Position numbers and translations under genes: made by a program. A stretch of DNA of 64,000 bases, taken from the human T2T-CHM13v2.0 reference genome, Homo sapiens. The DNA is taken from the NCBI RefSeq assembly GCF_009914755.1, contig NC_060930.1. The stretch is one strand, 5' to 3'. The notes below the pieces were generated by a model. That model made no database searches. It was not told the DNA's origin and saw only the letters and a program-made list of their open reading frames with translations. Each line of letters starts with the position of its first letter. Position 1 is the first letter of the stretch. Positions 59,741 through 64,000 of the stretch are shown here, one piece after another.

Positions 59741-62202
59741 TTTTTTAAAACCATTTAGGATATCCAAAATTATTTCTTCTCTGTTTCTGAATACCATGTA
59801 ATCAAAATTTTCTGAGAATGTAGTATAAAAGTACTCATAGATTTTATGTTAGAAATTGAGCATTTTATAAGTAAATTAATCATTTTGCCATGATGAAAAA
59901 GCTGAAGTTGAATAATGTTAAATAACTTAACCCAAGGGAGTGCAACCAAGAAAGTACATGAGGAAAATCAAGCCCATGTCTTGGACTGTGCTATTCTGAT
60001 ATTATTCCCTGGTATAACTAGATAAGATCTGTGTTATAGTGATAGTTGAATTTCTGGTACAGTTTTATTTCTGTTCTAACTTACCTTTTTGAATGATGAG
60101 ATTATGATAGCAGTCACCTACAGAAATGTTACGATGATCCAGGATAAAAGAGTTAGGATTCAGACAATGGCCATAGAGAAAGGTAGAGACTTTAGGTCAG
60201 CTTGCATTATGATTTTTTTTTAACATTATTTTCTGTCTCACAATAAGAACCTACAATTGCCACTATCATTACCAGTAATTTCTTTTCAGCAGTAGTGGTA
60301 TCACTCTTACATTATATACTTCAGCCCCAGAACATTTTTATTTTTTAAATAATTTCTGTGAATATCACCATCTATATAAGAGTAAGAGGGCCTAAATATA
60401 CATAGGTAGTTTATATGAGTTAAGAAATATAGTAAGGAAAACTGTTCTAGTAATACTGAATGATATTCATATTTGCTCTGAAAAGTCAGTTGATAAGTGG
60501 GATTTTTGTTAACATAGGCATGATTTATGCCCTGAAATATGCTTCTCTTGTCTGGGGAAGCTTGAGGGAAGTTAGGTTCCTGTGGAAAATGAGACTAAGT
60601 CAGAAGTGAGAGTGGCTCCATTGGATCATGAACTCTAATTGGTGTGTCAGTAAAAATGCTAGTTTCTCGCCTACTTTTCTACATTAAAAAATGAATATTT
60701 TTATTCATTTTACAATGATATTATTAAAAAAATATAATAATATTTTTGAAGATAATGTGAATGAGTTTCCAAGGGGTGAAAAATGGTGACTCTCATTTAA
60801 AAAAAAATTTAATTACCACACATAACATTTTTTAAAACGAAGGCTAATTTCGAATAAATATTTTATGTTAATAAGGCCATGCTTTATTGCCAATGACACT
60901 CTTCCTTAAAAATTCTGCTGAGTATAATTAAGAAAATACAAGGACATATTCTTGTAATTAGGGATGACAAAGTCCTTCCCATGTAATACTGAAATTTAGG
61001 TAGTATAGTAGAAAAGATGGACAGATTTTATTAAATTAAAATGAAGAATGTCAATACCATAAGAGAGAAGGTGAAAATGTTTTAAAACTGGGAGAACATT
61101 TGTACAATAAAACAAAACTTGATAGGCTTACCTTAGAAGGGTATTGACAATTTACAAAATGAAAGCTCATGTGGATATGGCTAGAGGAAAGGCTAGTATA
61201 GTATTTTTGTGAGATGTCTGAATGGAATTCTGTATTTTAAATGGAATGCAGTTTTATTATTTTAATATTATATTGATGTTAACTAGTTTATTTTTTAACC
61301 AGTGTGGTCCTTGGGTTTCTTATTAGGAAATAATATATTTTAGTGAATCTGTTTAATAGAGGTTTATTTTAAAAAACAGTATTTGTACATCTTAGTCTCT
61401 TAATGTTAAATGCCCTAAAAATTATGTTTTTTCCTTGTACCTCTCATTAATTTATTTAGTAAATTGTTGTTGTGCACCAGCCATTTTTTTTTTTTTTTGC
61501 CCTGAGAAATAGATAGGAAAGAAAAAGTCTAAACCTTAAAGGAGCCCGCAAGCTTTAACCCAGCTCTTACCCAAATCATCATAAATCCTGAATTGGTAGA
61601 GCAAAAATTCATGAGGTAGACTGGCAGCAGTGCCTAACAAATTTCCCTTGGGAAAACAGTAACAGATTTTTTATTTTTTAGAAAAGAAAGTCATCTCCTT
61701 TTTTTACTATTAAAATTTCAAATTTAAATATTCACATCTTACGAAGTATTCTCTTAGTGTAATAGACAGTGAATGCTGTGAGCTTGAATTACTGGGAAAT
61801 TAGTATTTTAATTATTTGTGTCATTTATATAAGTTAAAGGTATCATGTGTTAACCATGTCAATATTTTGAGAAATTTGAAAATCCCAAATCCCAAGAGAT
61901 CATTGCCTTTCAGATAGACTGCCAGCTTTATGAAAGATGATTTGCATAATGATATAAACAAAGCATTTTGTAGTACATTAATGTAAAATAAATGTCTTCA
62001 AATATCTGTCCTCACTGTGTTTAAGTTCAGAATCCTAAAACATTGCTCCTTTTGAAATATGAAAGCAAAAATTCTCAGTATTTCCTAACAGTGTTACTTA
62101 TCATGGTCTATTGAGCCATTCATTAGAGACTTAAGTAGCTAACCTGATTTTAATTTTATAGGATGATTCATAGAAAGACTCACATTCTTGTGCATACTTA
62201 TA

Positions 62203-62394
62203 GCATATTTCATTGACTTCAAAATGCTATTGATTGCAAGATGCACAATGATTTTATGCATCCTTTAGCAAGGAGAAAAGTCACTGCCAATTAAGTTATG
62301 ACACAGTGCTCTTATAATTGATTAGAAGATGCATCCTGATTTTAGAGGGATTAAAATGTTTTTTAAAATTTGTCTTACATTATATTAAATACAT
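62203..62394. mobile_element. MER104-like TcMar-Tc2 MITE
   Basis: catatttcattga...aagatgcac...aagatgcatcctgattt...aaatac with degenerate TIRs. Confidence 0.6.
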
Positions 62395-63356
62395 ATTTAT
62401 GTCCACTGGTACATTTTTTGACAAGAAAGATAAAGTATTTAAGGTAATGGCATATGGATTTGAGCTGCTTTGACAGAATCCCTGAGGACTGTGAAAAACA
62501 AAGAAATGAATCTTATCCTAGAGGCTCATTTGGGGATTCACGGAAGAGTGGTATGGGGAGAAAAACCCAGGTTTTGTTTGTTTCACTTTGCTTCTTAGGT
62601 AATTGACTTCATGCCATATATCTGAGTATTTTCTATATAAATAATGCCACAGAGTGACTTATAAGGATAATATGTGTTGCTGTTCATCTATTTAGGCTTT
62701 TCCCCAGGTTTGCTACTGTATTCTCTGTATGAGACCAAAAAGAAAGAAAGAGATAAGCTTGTATATATTTTGCCTACGTAGAGATTTGCTCTTTTTCTCA
62801 TGTTTCCTCAGAGAAGAGAGCAGACATGTTGCATAAACCTGAAGAATATAATTTGAGGGCAGAAATAGTAGAAAATAAAAGTGAGAGGAGGCAGATAAAT
62901 TGAAGACAGATAAAGAACTGGGAGGAAGTCTATAAAATGAATTTAAAAAATTAAAAAGCAAAGCATGGAGATAACAAAGTATTTAACCAACAATATGGTG
63001 TTCTTTTATTGCTTCACTGTGCAAAGGGTATTTTGTGGAGCTATGCTATATGCAGGAAATTTATCAAACTTTGAAGGATGTAGCTTAGAATTTTTCCCTG
63101 ACCACCAAGCAATGGGGTATAAAATTATTTTATTTAAGAAAAGCGTTGGAAGTAGCAAATAAGATTCTGTGGATGAGTGGGAAGGGCAAGAAGAGGACTT
63201 AAAAGCATTGCAATGAAAACAAATGTATGTAGTAACATTCATGCATGGCCTGATCTGCGGTGGGAGGTGGACTGCAGGAGCCCGAGGAGCAGACGCTTTG
63301 GGAGTCCAGCCCACTGTGAAGGAGCAGGAGCCAGAGGGAAATGTCACTGAGTTTTT

Positions 63357-63633
63357 TTTTTTTTTTTGAGACGGAGTCTCGCTCTGTCGCCCAGGCTGGA
63401 GTGCAGTGGCGGGATCTCGGCTCACTGCGGGTTCACGCCATTCTCCTGCCTCAGCCTCCCAAGTAGCTAGGACTACAGGCGCCCGCCACTACGCCCGGCT
63501 ATTTTTTGTAGTTTTAGTAGAGACGGGGTTTCACCGTTTTAGCCGGGATGGTCTCGATCTCCTGACCTCGTGATCCGCCCGCCTCGGCCTCCCAAAGTGC
63601 TGGGATTACAGGCGTGAGCCACCGCGCCCGGCC
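63357..63633 (-). mobile_element. AluYa8 (human-specific) with a 14-nt internal deletion
   Basis: All five Ya5 diagnostics (CATCCCGG, CTAAAACGG, GCGTAGTGG, CTACTTGGG, GATCCCGCC) plus Ya8 AAAACTAC, AAAAAATAGCC and GTCCTAGC; CpGs intact; TSD tcactgagttttt (63344-56 / 63634-46). Confidence 0.9.
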
Positions 63634-64000
63634 TCACTGAGTTTTTGGCCTGGAGGAGTGTGTTTATTTCAGCAGGCCCACCCCACATCATGTAGTTAGC
63701 CATTTAGTAACTGTTTAACATGACCCTTATATGTGAAGAAAAAACGTGGTAACATAGATGCAACTCACTTCTCCACACCCTCACCCTCTCACCTCTGCCT
63801 GGGGTCTCCTCACATCTTCCCCTATACAGTTTTGCCCACAGTCATAGCACAGCACTTACTACAGTTCTTAGTGCATGTAGTAGGCATTTGACAAATGTTT
63901 ATTGAATCGATGATGGATGGTAGAGGTGTCAGAAAGGATGGATTCCTTTACTTAACAGGCAGGATTTGTAAACAGTGCGTTATTATTGCTTTGATTTCTT

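Larger units (their letters stand above)
53407..64000 (+). other. HIVEP1: HIVEP1 intron downstream of the 54-nt exon (partial)
   Basis: Starts GTAAAT; the continuation EILQAGVKG... is not seen. Confidence 0.85.

Overview
Human genomic DNA: AT-rich and CpG-poor, with Alu, L1, MIR, L2, MER and LTR repeats. The only supportable coding sequence is a 54-nt phase-1/phase-1 exon at 53353-53406 (+) encoding (D)[17 protein letters not shown](E). I recognise this from memory as the N-terminus of HIVEP1 (PRDII-BF1/MBP-1/Schnurri-1; [32 protein letters not shown]...), so the rest of the window is HIVEP1 intron. The ORF track missed this exon, and the listed ORFs look spurious (repeat-derived or random). 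I found no evidence of a new gene system. Items worth follow-up: (1) perfect kB elements of the types HIVEP1 itself binds, inside its own intron; (2) several locally templated insertions/short duplications of different apparent ages, most landing in SINEs; (3) two human-specific Alus, including a rare AluYa8 with a 14-nt deletion; (4) two AluY copies 9 kb apart sharing private mutations; (5) a 47-bp minisatellite with two E-boxes per unit; (6) closely spaced inverted Alus; (7) candidate enhancers. Repeat subfamilies were called by eye from remembered consensus sequences, and boundaries of old repeats are approximate.
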